Source of the DNA: Geosiphon pyriformis uo1 | Taxonomy: Eukaryota; Fungi; Glomeromycota | Length of the DNA stretch: 64,000 bases | Assembly: GCA_016748015.1 (NCBI GenBank) | Contig: JAAOMT010000710.1 | Coordinates: 620,001 to 684,000, forward strand | Direction: 5' to 3' | Part shown: positions 25,301-37,400 of the stretch, piece by piece | Position numbering within the stretch: position 1 is the stretch's first letter | How the letters are laid out: each line of letters opens with the position of its first letter | The notes under the pieces: generated by a model | The model's input: only the letters and a program-made list of their open reading frames with translations | The model's database searches: none | Told to the model about the DNA's origin: nothing | Made by a program: the position numbers and the translations under genes

Positions 25301-26168
25301 TGTTACAGATGAGTCTTCGGGGTGTCAAATGAGTAACAAATCCATAACTTGGTGCACAAAGTGATTAGTGATGATGATAATCTGAAGGTATTTTATCTAA
25401 AGGTTTTCCAATTGAGTTCTTTGTATAATGGACAGAGATTCAATGGTAACAGTTTATCAGTAGTTTCCTGAAATTATAGTTTTATCAATTGCTTGCTCAG
25501 TTTGATGGTTGATAATTCTTTTGATATAATATCCTCCATAAGTATATACCAGTGCTGTTTCCTGATGTCAGTTCCTCTGTAAGTCCTCCAAGAGTAAGTA
25601 TTGTTTAAGCAAGTTTATTTCTCCGTAAGTCCTCCAAGAGTAAATCTTTTAATTAAGTTAGTAGACAACAAAGAAAATAAAGAAAGATAAAAGAGAAAAA
25701 ATAAGAAATCAACCAAGGCAATTTGCAAGTTAGTATCCCATCAATAGCCATGATCAAGAGCTATTGTTCCAGTATGGTTAAGTATTAGTTACTATCAACA
25801 TAAAGTATTGATAGTGAAGAATGAATTTAATAAAGTGAATAATTATTTATTTGAGAATTGTGGTAACTAAGCTAAGAATTCTTAATGTCTTTTTTTTTTT
25901 TTTTCTGTTTTTACTGTTACTGCTATATATACATATTTGAGATTTCTCAATTTCTCAATTCCTTGTGACAGGAATCCTGGAATTTCTGATAAGAGGAATC
26001 CTGGAATTCTAGAATCCTGTGATTCTTTGTCAGAGAATTCTGAAATTTCTGGAATCCTGCAATTCCTCTGAGAGGAATCTTGAAATTCCACATTTTACTA
26101 CATTTACCTCTGATTGGCTAATATCTACTGACTAATAATACTATATTTTCTATATTCTATGAGTAACA
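25301..26168 (-). repeat. 3' LTR of element D
   Basis: Pairs with 52310-53237; PPT at 26171-26183. Confidence 0.95.
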
Positions 26169-29100
26169 TTATTCTCTTCTTTTAATATTGAGCTCCATCA
26201 AAATCTAATTCCTTTAATTCCTCTTCTTAAATTATTTTTTGAACTTCTTTTTCGAGTATTACTTGTGTTATTTTAGTTTGTAGTTCTTTAAATTAGATGT
26301 TGGTCATTTTTTCCAATTAATTATTCGTAACTGTATCTATTGCTGGATTGAGTAAGATTTCTGGTCGGTCTTGAAATCCCATATATAGCCAGTAAATGGC
26401 TTGAGCTTGTGTGATTAGATTGTTTTTTCCCACAAATTGTTCTAGTTGTTTCAGTATGGTTGTGTCGAATAACCATTTTGTTTTGTCAGTGTACAAATTC
26501 TGGATATTTATGTGTTGTCCCAAGTGGAAATAACAATAGTTTTTTGGAAATTGTTGTATTCACCAAGTCCAAGTTTCTTTGGTAAGTTCTTGGTGTAATC
26601 TGATTATTTGTTGTTCTTTTATGGCCAATTTAATCTTGGTCATGATCTTGTCAACAACATTTTCAAGTCATTTTTGTGCTTTGTTTTGTGGTATCTTTGC
26701 TGTATTTTTGTAACAAATCATTTGTTGATTGATTGTAATTTCTATTTTCTGGTGTTGGATTAATTGAAAAATTTGTTGGGCTAGTGAATAAATATTGTCC
26801 GTAATTTCCATTTTTCTGATCTCTTCTGTCATGTCGACTATGTTCTTATATATTCTTTTGTCAATCAATTGGACATGTTGTTGTCAATAATAATAATTAG
26901 TTCCAGATCTCGTGGAATCTCATCTAGTTGGACTAGTATTTTCTGTACTCCTAATTGTGGAATATTACTGGTAGATGATGATACTATATAGTAGTATGGT
27001 TTCAGTCGATTTTCATATGCTGCTTTGGTCAAGCTTTTGTTATTTAATCTTAATTTGTAAGCTCCATTTCCTAGAATTTTTTCTATGTGAAATGATCCAT
27101 TCCATTTGGGATCAAATTTTCCACTTTATTGTTTTTTTGCTTTGGTACAATGTAGTAGTACTTTGTCTTCAATCTTGAATTTAACTGGTTTATCTAATAG
27201 TTGGTTATTATGTCTTTCTTTTTGTTTCTTTTGTGACTTTTGTATGTTATCAGCTGCTCTTTGTCATTTGTTTTCTAATGTTTCCATTAAGTCATATGTT
27301 TTTCTCAACAATGTGTTTTTGAAATTCTCTTCTGTTATTGTTTCGGTTGGATATGTGCTGACTTCTATTTCTACTGGTAGTGTTGCTGTTCTACTATATA
27401 CTAATTCAAATAGTGTTGCTTGTGTAGTATCTTGCTTCATTGTCCGATAAGCAAATAGTACTGATGGTATCAACAAATCCCAATCATTCTGGTTTTCTTG
27501 GCTGAGCTTAGCTATTGCTTCACACAATGTTCTGTTGAATCTTTTGACTAATCTGTTAGTTTGTAGATGATATGGTGATAATAGTGGTCTCTTAATTCCG
27601 AATCTTTGGCTCAATTCTGTTAATGTTCTGTTCACAAAATGAGTTACTTGGTCTGATAATAATTCTTTTGGACATCTATGTTGACAAATTAAATCTTGAT
27701 AAACAAATTCAGCAATGGATTCTGCATTCGCTCTTTAAATTGCTTTCGTCTCTGGCCATTTAATGAGATAGTTCATGGCTACTGCTATGTATCTGTTTCC
27801 TCCACTAGTAATTGTTAATGGTTCAACTAAATTAATTCCAATATGGTCAAATGGTTGTCCCACTTTAATTGGTCTTAATGGTTCACTGGATTTTATACCT
27901 CTTCTTTGTTGACAAACATCACAATTTTGAACATATTGGATGATGTCTGGATACATTGATGGCCAATAGTATCTTTTTTTGGTTCTTTCCATAGTTGCTT
28001 CTTTGTAAAAGTGTCCTGCTGTTGGATTTGAGTGCATGTTGAATAATATTGTCTTTTTTTCTGGCTCTGTAATTACTCTGGTTGGTTGCTTTAGATCTCT
28101 TCTATTTTTTTGATAAAGTATATTTTGGTAAGTGATAAAATATTTTGATTGTTGTTTGATACTCTTTTGTTCCATTTAAGATAAATTCTCCTTGAACTGT
28201 TGAGTGTTTATATAATGTTGCAGTTGTTAATATCTTTGTATGTTCATCTTTTGTTATATTTTTCGTTGGTATTGTTCTGGTTTTGTTATATTTTTGGGTT
28301 GAAATGTTCTTATATTTGTCTTATTCGCAACAAACTGTCAGCATTTCTGTTGTCTTTTCCCTTTTTATAATGTATAGTATAATTATATGGTGTGAATGCC
28401 ATTTTCTATCTTGACTGTCTTCCATCTTCAAATTCTTGTTTTTGAAGTGATGTTAATCCTTTGTGATCTGTGTATACTTCAAACTTCTGGCTCAAGTATT
28501 CTTTCCATTTCATGACTGCCCAGTATATTACTAAGTGTTCTTGTTCCAGTGTTTTATAGTTCTTTTCGGCTGGTGTTAAACTTCTGCTGGCATATACTAC
28601 TGAATGTTCTCTGCCATCTGGTCTTTTCTAAGATAGTACTGCTCCCAGTGCTTGGCTGAATACATTAGTGGTGATGATGAATGGTTTGCTGTGATCTGAA
28701 TAGATCAGTACTAGAGCTTGAATGAGCTTTCTTTTCAAAATATCAAAAGCTTTTTGTTAACTTTCTGTCCATTCATATTTTGTATTCTTGGTTTGCAGTT
28801 GGTTAAGTAGCTGCACTATTTTGGAAAAGTTCTTGATAAAATGTTGATAGTAGCTGGTGAATCCCAAGAATAATTTCAGTTCTGTCATATTGGTCAACAC
28901 TGAAAAGTTCTTTACTATCTCTATTTTCTCTGGATCCATTTTGATGCCGTTTTTGCTGACTATGTGTCCCAAGAATTTTAGTTCTGTCTTGCCAAAAAAG
29001 CACTTTGTTGCATTTAACTTTAGTCCTGCTCTTCTTAGTTTTTTGAACACTTGTTGAAGATGATGAAGATGATCATCAAACATTTTTGAGAACACATTGG

Positions 29101-30135
29101 TGTTATCTAAGTATACAACTACTGATTTCCACAATAAGCCAGTATAAACAATTTCCATTAGCCATTGGAAAGTGGCTGGTGCATTGGTTAAGCCAAATGG
29201 CATTACTTTAAATTCAAAATTCCCTTCTCTGGTGGTAAATGCTGTCTTTTCTTTGTTGGCTGAATTCATGGCTACTTGCCAGTAACCACTGTCCAGGTTT
29301 AATGTTGAAAACTATTTGTTTTCACCGAAAGCATTAAATAATTCTTAGATCCATGGAGTGGAGTAGCTATCTTCATGAGTTACTCCATTGAGTTTTCTAT
29401 AATCCACACAAAAGCAGATTTTCCCATTTTTTTTCCAGACAAGTACTACTGGTAATGACTATGGGCTTATTAATAGCTGAATTAGCCCATTATCAAGCAT
29501 TTGGTTTATCTCTTGACGGATAATCTTGTAGCTAGCTGGTGGTACTCTGTATGCTTTTTGTTTAATTGGCATTGCATCTCCAGTCTTGATCTGATGCTGA
29601 ATGATGTCAGTTCAGCCAAACTCGTTTTCACTGGCAAAAATGTCATTGAAATTGTTGAGCAACATCTTAAGTTGCATATATTGGAGTGGATCTAAGTTTC
29701 CCATGTTCATTTGTTCCAATTGTTCTGGTTGGAGCAAATAACATTTGCTTCATCCATATATTGTTTGTGATGTGATATCAACATATCCACAAAGCTGTGA
29801 AAAATCCAGAATGGTGCTTGGTGGTTGATTCTCTATTTTAATGCTTAAGTATCCAATGGTGGTTTTGGCTGGTATCACTATAACATTTCCTGTCTTATCA
29901 TAGATAGGAATTTTGATATGGCTGTAATCTTTGGCTGTTATATAGAGATTGATGAGTCCAATCTCTCCTGATTTACAGAGAGTTGGTTCTGCTTCAAAAA
30001 TCTGATTCTGTTCTTTTATCTTCCACTTTATCCCTATCATGTACTGGCCATATGGTGGAATAAAAATTGTTTGACCTGTTGAGATAATTTCCCCTTGGTC
30101 AACAATTTTTGCTTCTGCCATATTGACTGGTATAT

Positions 30136-31099
30136 TGTTACCAGACAAAATTAAAGATATTATTTAGCATGAAATTATCTTATAATTCCTATCATTAATT
30201 AGCATATATTATTATTCCAAATGATCACTTATTACATTAGCAAAAAAAATGTCCAAAATTATCATTTAATTAATAACTCAAATTGTACACAACACAAATG
30301 TAACCTAATTGCGATGATCAATCATGCAATACCCTGAACTATGTAACATTCAGAAGTTTGCCGAAATTTGTAGAAATTCACCAAAATAATTGATAGTTCA
30401 CCAAAATAACTTGTAGTTTGCCAAAATGTATCTTTAGTTTAGCAAAATTGTAGAAAATAGCAAAGTTCAAGTTCATAGAATAGTGTTACAACAAGTTGTA
30501 TAAAAGAAAAGCTTCTCTCTTCGAGAAAATGTATCTTACTTTAGATTTATTACTTAAAACCATTTCTACACACACAAAAAGAAATAAATACCAAATAATT
30601 TGAAAAACCAAATTCTTTAATTATTGCCCTTGGAAAATCCCCAAAACCCAACTAACATTTCGAAATTGATTAGCTACCAATTTCAGTAAAACTGTTAGTG
30701 ACTCCAGGCCTGGATAAAAAAACGTTTTCCTTGATAAGATCCTATTTCTTTTACACTTCTTTTATTTTTTCTTTCTTTTCTTATTACAATCATTAAGGTA
30801 GCCTACAGACAAGATTTCTGTAGAAGAGTTGACTTTCACAGCAAAGTAACTACACATTTTTAGTGAGCTTCCAGACAAGCAATTCCTGGGAAAGAATTAA
30901 CGTTTACTACAATGTAACTACATAAAGCAACTGGCACGGAATTGGCCATTCCACTTATAAGCCCAGCAGTTCAAATTATAGGAGATAATTTGAAGATAAA
31001 TTCAGTTACTGGAGGTTCAACCACATCCAGAAAATGTGAATTCACAGCAAATAAGTATCAACAATATTACAGAAAAGAGACCAAAAACCTCCGGTAACA
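30136..31099 (+). repeat. 5' LTR of element E
   Basis: Near-identical to 46906-47889 except for transitions and one missing 20-bp repeat unit. Confidence 0.95.
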
Positions 31100-34000
31100 T
31101 TTGGTGCTCTCCCACGGAAATAACACAGCAAAAACAAATTCAAAGTGGCAATCACACCAGACGCAACAACTCTAGAGTATTACCAATTAATTTACATCCA
31201 CTGCAAGCAAAGATTCAACATTCCAGACGGAATTAAAGTTGTCAAGAAATCAGTATAACAATACATTGAAAACCACATCAACAATTATCTTTTTGGAAAT
31301 TTTAATATCTCAGAAGTTAGAAGCAATCTTTACAATAATTTAGTACACTATTCACAGTTGGGAACTGAAGACCTTAATAGTGAAACACTTGCCACTTACT
31401 TTCACAAACTTAATTTTAACATTATCAAATACTGTGAAGAAACATATCCAGTGCAGTCTCAATACACTATTGATTTTGAATCGGAAACAGAAACAAGCAA
31501 CAAAGGCAAAAACAAATTAAAGCAATATTCAAAAACCACTCCAAATACTCCAACACTACCAAAAACAACTGCCAAACATTTACAAACACCTGAACAAGGA
31601 ACCAGTTCAAAACTTCCACTTACTATCACACTTTTTCCAGCTTCGCTTGCATAAGCACAAACACCTAATTCACCCTTGAATCAATTTACAAGACCAAAAG
31701 ATTTTACATCACTCAGAAGTTCCACCAAACAACAAGAACCTCTTCAAACTAGTTCTAATCTCCTTGATTTTCTAGCTGAAAATCAAAGTGAACACTCTGA
31801 GACAGCAGCAAATGAAGAAAACAACTCTGAAATAACCAAAGAAGAATCAATAGACAGTGAAAATAAAGAAAACAAAATGACAACATACATTGCAAAAATC
31901 CCTGAATTCAATGGAGAAGATATTGAGACCAGTCCTCAAGAATGACTCGACCAAGTTACTAAAGCTGGAGATGCAAATGGATGGAATGCTGCCAGAATGT
32001 TAAGAACAATTCCCTACTTTCTCAAAGGAACAGCAGAAGAATGGTTTGAAAACCTTGCCGCCTCATTCAATGATTGGAATGCTTTCAAAGCAGCCTTCCT
32101 TGAACAGTTCACTGACAATAATACCTCTATTACTCTTCACAATCGTTTTCGAAATATCAAACAAGAACCCTCTGAATCCGTTATGACTTATATTGGGAAA
32201 TTCAACAAACTTCTCAGACGGATTCGCCAACTCGAGACAAACAATTATTATTCCAATGCTCAAATCTTGGATCAATTTATTGCTGGTCTAAAAGATAAAC
32301 TAATTAAAAAAGTTTGCCCACATGTGCCAGAAGATTTAAACTCTGCAATACAGCACGCGAAAAGATACGAAATGGCCATAGAAGAAGCCAATCGTACAAA
32401 ACTTGTAAATTTGGCAATTGGAGAAACCAGCTCAGCAGCTGAGGAAAAAATTGACCAATTCACAAAGAAGGTCGAAAACTATTTTACCAACCAACAACAA
32501 CAACCCCAAAGATATCAATCACCCCAAAGACAAAATCAAAATAACTTTGCACCACTTTCCAATAACCAGCCCCAAAATTGCCATTACTGTGGAATCTTTG
32601 GCCACTGGAAAAGAGATTGCAGAAAGCTGCAACGAGACCAACAAAATAGGGGTAATCAACGTTACTCTCCACCACAGCAATCTTATTATTAACCATTACC
32701 ACCAGCTTACTATTCACCAAGACCCCAATACCAAAATAACTATTATCAGCCTGCCCTACAACCAATCCAACAGCAATACCAATAACCACCCACACAACAT
32801 TATCAAGTCCCTGCTTGAAGACTGATTACATAAAATCAATTCACACCACAAAACCGATACCAAGTAAACAACAGTAGAATCAGTTCGAACAACCAATTGG
32901 TTCCCCGAAATACCACTCAATCAAGACCCAACCATTACCACACTCAACCCAGTTATTTAACAATGTTAGAAGAACAGGATTTTCACCATACTGTACTCTC
33001 AGAAGGTAGAGCTGCAGCACAACAACAACGAAACCCTTCTTATAACCACACCACTATTCCACCAGCCCGAATTGCTGAAAACGCCAATCTCTCTGATATC
33101 TTTCCTTTTGAATTTGAAGCAAATAAATCACTATTCTTGCTTAGCAATACAGCGGCCAATGAGCAAAAAGCCATCACTGCAATGTACACAGAAGCTGAAG
33201 TAGAAGGAAAGCCAATTCGCTTGATCCTAGACAGTGGATCTGCTGGAAGCATTATTACCTACCAGTTAATGTAACAGTTGAAAAGAAATGTCGACCAACC
33301 AGCTCAAACAGTAATTGTCACTGTCGATGGCATAAAAAAGACACCAGTAGGAGAAATTGACAATTTTCCATTCACTTTTGATAGAATCACCATTTCAGTT
33401 AAAGTTCTTGTAATGGACGCACCCCAGTACCAAGCTCTCGTCGGAAATGATTGGCTTCAAAAAGCCAATGCTAATCTGAATTGGGAAACACAAGAGTTAA
33501 CAATCTCCTACCAAGGACAACACACCCGAGTACCTGCAATTTGTAGTACATTCAACAAATGCTCTGAAAAAGCCCCAGCTTTTGAATTTGAACCGGAAGA
33601 AGAAAAACCAATAATCAAAACATTCATGGCTCTTGGATCAACGTCCAACTGGGCCGATGAAACAGAACAAGAACATTTTACCACACACACTAAACCTGAA
33701 ACCTCTGGATGAAATATATCTTACTCCAAACCTGAACCAAGAAAACAACGCCCCTATATTCCCCTTAAATGTAAGGACTGCTACAAAAAACTATTGTCAA
33801 TGGGAGCCTGCATTTCACCTGAAGAAGAATATGAGAATCATACTTGTTATTACTGCAAGGCCTGTCACAGAGAGCGATAGGGCCACCTAATAAAAAGGAG
33901 CAGAAAATAGGACAACACTGCTTGTTTGACTTGTGGAGATATGCTACCGAAAGAATGCAATTGGATTAATGTAGCAATGAGAGGAGGCATCTACAATCAG

Positions 34001-34488
34001 ATCTGCCAATATGCCTTATCAATTTCAGAAAAAGTAAAAAGAGGAACACCCTTTAATGCAGCATACAACAGTGCTTTCAACAAACTTTATCACTACCCTC
34101 ATGATGCCAAGATGATTTTCGACTTAGCAATGGCATTAATTAATGGAGCTACCAAAGAAGATGTTCATCAAATGAAGGAAGCAGAATACATTGAATACAC
34201 TATGGAATTAGCTGGATTCGATTACGAAGATGAAGTAGAAGTCTATCACCAAATTGCAAGTCACACCTATCCAACCCAAGAAGGTCAAATTCAACAATTA
34301 GAGCAAATGAACATTAGGCTATATGAAGAATGCATTATGTCTTGTGATGAACAATAATGTCCTGAATGCTATGCTCTTAGTATCCCCTTGCCCAGCGAAA
34401 ATGATGAGAATGAAATTGAATTTGGAGAACCTGAAGAAATGGAAAAAATTGAAACAACTCCCATCTACCTTATTGAAAATCAGCCTGC

Positions 34489-37400
34489 TGTTACAGTTTA
34501 AGAATTTAGCAAAAAGAATCATAAAAATAATACAAACTATTCAATCATAATATAGCACAGTAATAATCTTAGAAAGGTAATGATTAACATAGTAGCAAAC
34601 ACCATCTCGCGATAGTGGCAAGCACCAGTTCACAATAGCAGCCAACACCAACTGGTGATAGCAGCAAGCACCAGGTTGAAATATCAAAAAGAAAGTATTT
34701 TCTCGTAGAACTACAAACATGTATATATACAGTAGTTTTAATATTGGGAAAGGATAAATCAAGTAATAAAAATCATAACTTATCAAGCAATAGATCCAAT
34801 TTTATCCAACAAACTCCACTTTAAATCATACTTTCAAATTAAATATCCCAAGAAACCTTTAAAATCAAAAAGAAATGAAAAAGAATATTTAAAACTGAAC
34901 TATTACAACCCAAAGTATTAAGAAACCTACTTGTATTATTTATTGAATGAAACTATCATTCATCAACTGAATCTCTTGGAAGAATAATCCTTGATCAAGA
35001 TTATTCACGTTGTTACTAATTGATAAAAGCTTTATTGTGAGAATTAGAAAAGCGCTAAAGACCATTNNNNNNNNNNNNNNNNNNNNNNNNNNNNNNNNNN
35101 NNNNNNNNNNNNNNNNNNNNNNNNNNNNNNNNNNNNNNNNNNNNNNNNNNNNNNNNNNNNNNNNNNNNNNNNNNNNNNNNNNNNNNNNNNNNNNNNNNNN
35201 NNNNNNNNNNNNNNNNNNNNNNNNNNNNNNNNNNNNNNNNNNNNNNNNNNNNNNNNNNNNNNNNNNNNNNNNNNNNNNNNNNTAACATTTGGTGAACCCT
35301 ACGAGAAAAGAAAATCAAAAAGGAAATAATAATTAGCAATAATTCATTGCTAAAAAGGAAAAGACAAAAGTGGCAACAAAAACCCCTAATCTTACTGTTC
35401 TTGAATTCTGCCGTGCTATTTACACACAAAATCAAAGTGATCTTGGATTACCAGAAGGGTGTTGTCCAGCAGAATCTGCTCTCACTTATTATATCAACGC
35501 CAGAATAAATTATCATATAGGAAAGGAAGAAGAACCACACGACGCAAAACTTGGATTGTATAGAGAATTATCACAATACACTACAAAAGAAGTAGCAGTA
35601 ATAGCCGCAACTATTGTCAAAATCCATCGAGAAATTGAGCAATACGCCAACGAAAATTTTCCAATATCCACAGGAAACACTAGGGAACGCGCCAACAAAA
35701 CCAAAGAAAATTTAGAAACTAATCAGGAAAGTAACCAGCAAAAACTAGAAACACCAGCTCAAACGCCAAAGAAAACTGTCACTCAATCAATAAAAAAACA
35801 ACGTATTTATTCACCAGAAGATAAATCATACCATTTTTCACCAGAAAATAAGATACAAATTCCATTAGGAGCTGCATCATCATCAACATCAACTCCACAA
35901 ATGCCAAGAACTCCTAGTTATATTGATAAAATTAAACAACGTAACTGGGGAGACATACCAATTACAGAAGGATATTCATCACTATTCCAAAACCCTCTTT
36001 TTCAGCCAAAATTTAGAACGGAGTTTGAAAACCGTGAAGAGGAGTCTGAATCAGAATCTGAAAAAGAGACCAGCGAAAAAACAATCACAAGACCAGTCAC
36101 TGGAACAAGCAGCCAGTCCAGAAACCAAGAAACTGGTGATCAAGAGGAAGAACCGGATATAAGGGAAGCCACCTTTAGGAACGCTCAAAGAAATATCATC
36201 CCACCTCCTCTTAGACCAATAAACCCACCAGCAGAAAACGGCAACGAAATGACCACACCATACATTGCAAGACTAACAGATTTCTCAGGAGAAGAAGAAG
36301 AAACGGACGTGCACACATGGCTCAAAGAAGCACAAAAAGCCATCCAGGCAAATAACTGGAATGACCAAAGAGCAATTCAAACATTACCTTTTTTCTTGAA
36401 AGGCACAGCCGACTCGTGGTATCAAAGCCTGGAAACAAAATCCACGAGCTTCGCCAAATTTAAAAATGCACTCCTGGAGTATTTTAGTGACCCAAACGCC
36501 GTAATTCAACTACAGAACGAATTCAATACTATCAAGCAAAATACCGGTGAAACTGTCACCCAATACCTTGCTCGATTCAATCGAATTCGCCATCAGATTG
36601 AAGCGATTGAACAAGGATACTATACTGATCCTCAGGTTTTAAATCAGTTTATTAGAGGATTAAAAAGCAGCATTTTAGGAAGAGTACGCCCTGCTCACCC
36701 TAATTCCTTACCAGAAGCCGTTACGCTCGCCAGAGCCCTTGAATCGGCTGAGAAAGAAGCTAACCATAGTCAAATGGTTAACATGGTAATGGAGGAAAAT
36801 AAGACAGAAACATTAGAGAAAACAGTAACGTGATTAGGGGAGGAACTTTCTAAGAAAATAGAAAGTTACCTCATCCCGGATCCGAGAAAAAATACATACC
36901 AACCACCCCAAAGACGCAGCCAGGAAGTCAGCGACAGTCAAAATAATCACTTGTTGCGCCAGGAATTCAGAACAGAAACATGCGCCTGCCATTTTTGCAA
37001 ATGCATAGGACATTTGATTAGTCAATGTCGAACGCGAATGATGCAGGAAGCACGCGAAAATAATTACTACGCGCCACCCCAAATGCCCAGAAACCAGTAC
37101 ACGCCAATACCACGCCAATATCCCACCACGTATCAAAATCAAGGAGCTTACCAGCAACAGCCCATGATAGCCAACCCGAATTGGCGTCCCGAGGCCCAAA
37201 ATCAGCCCATGTGGAACCAGAACGCGTTGGTCCAGAGGAATCCAAACCGCGCTGGAACCAATCAGCAAACCAATCCAAACTACCAAAATTATCAACAAAC
37301 TTACCTTAATATACCGGAAAACCTGATCATCGGAAACAATAACAGTAGAAACATAAACAGAACCAAGAATTCCTCCAAATTGAGCCAGACAATACCACCA

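Noticed and set aside
25578-25645. Repeated GTAAGTCCTCCAAGAGTA and short snRNA-like words (ATACTTAC, GATCAAG, ACAGAGA) in LTRs
   Set aside because: Matches are 7-8 nt, on mixed strands and out of order; not enough for snRNA mimicry or a splice model.
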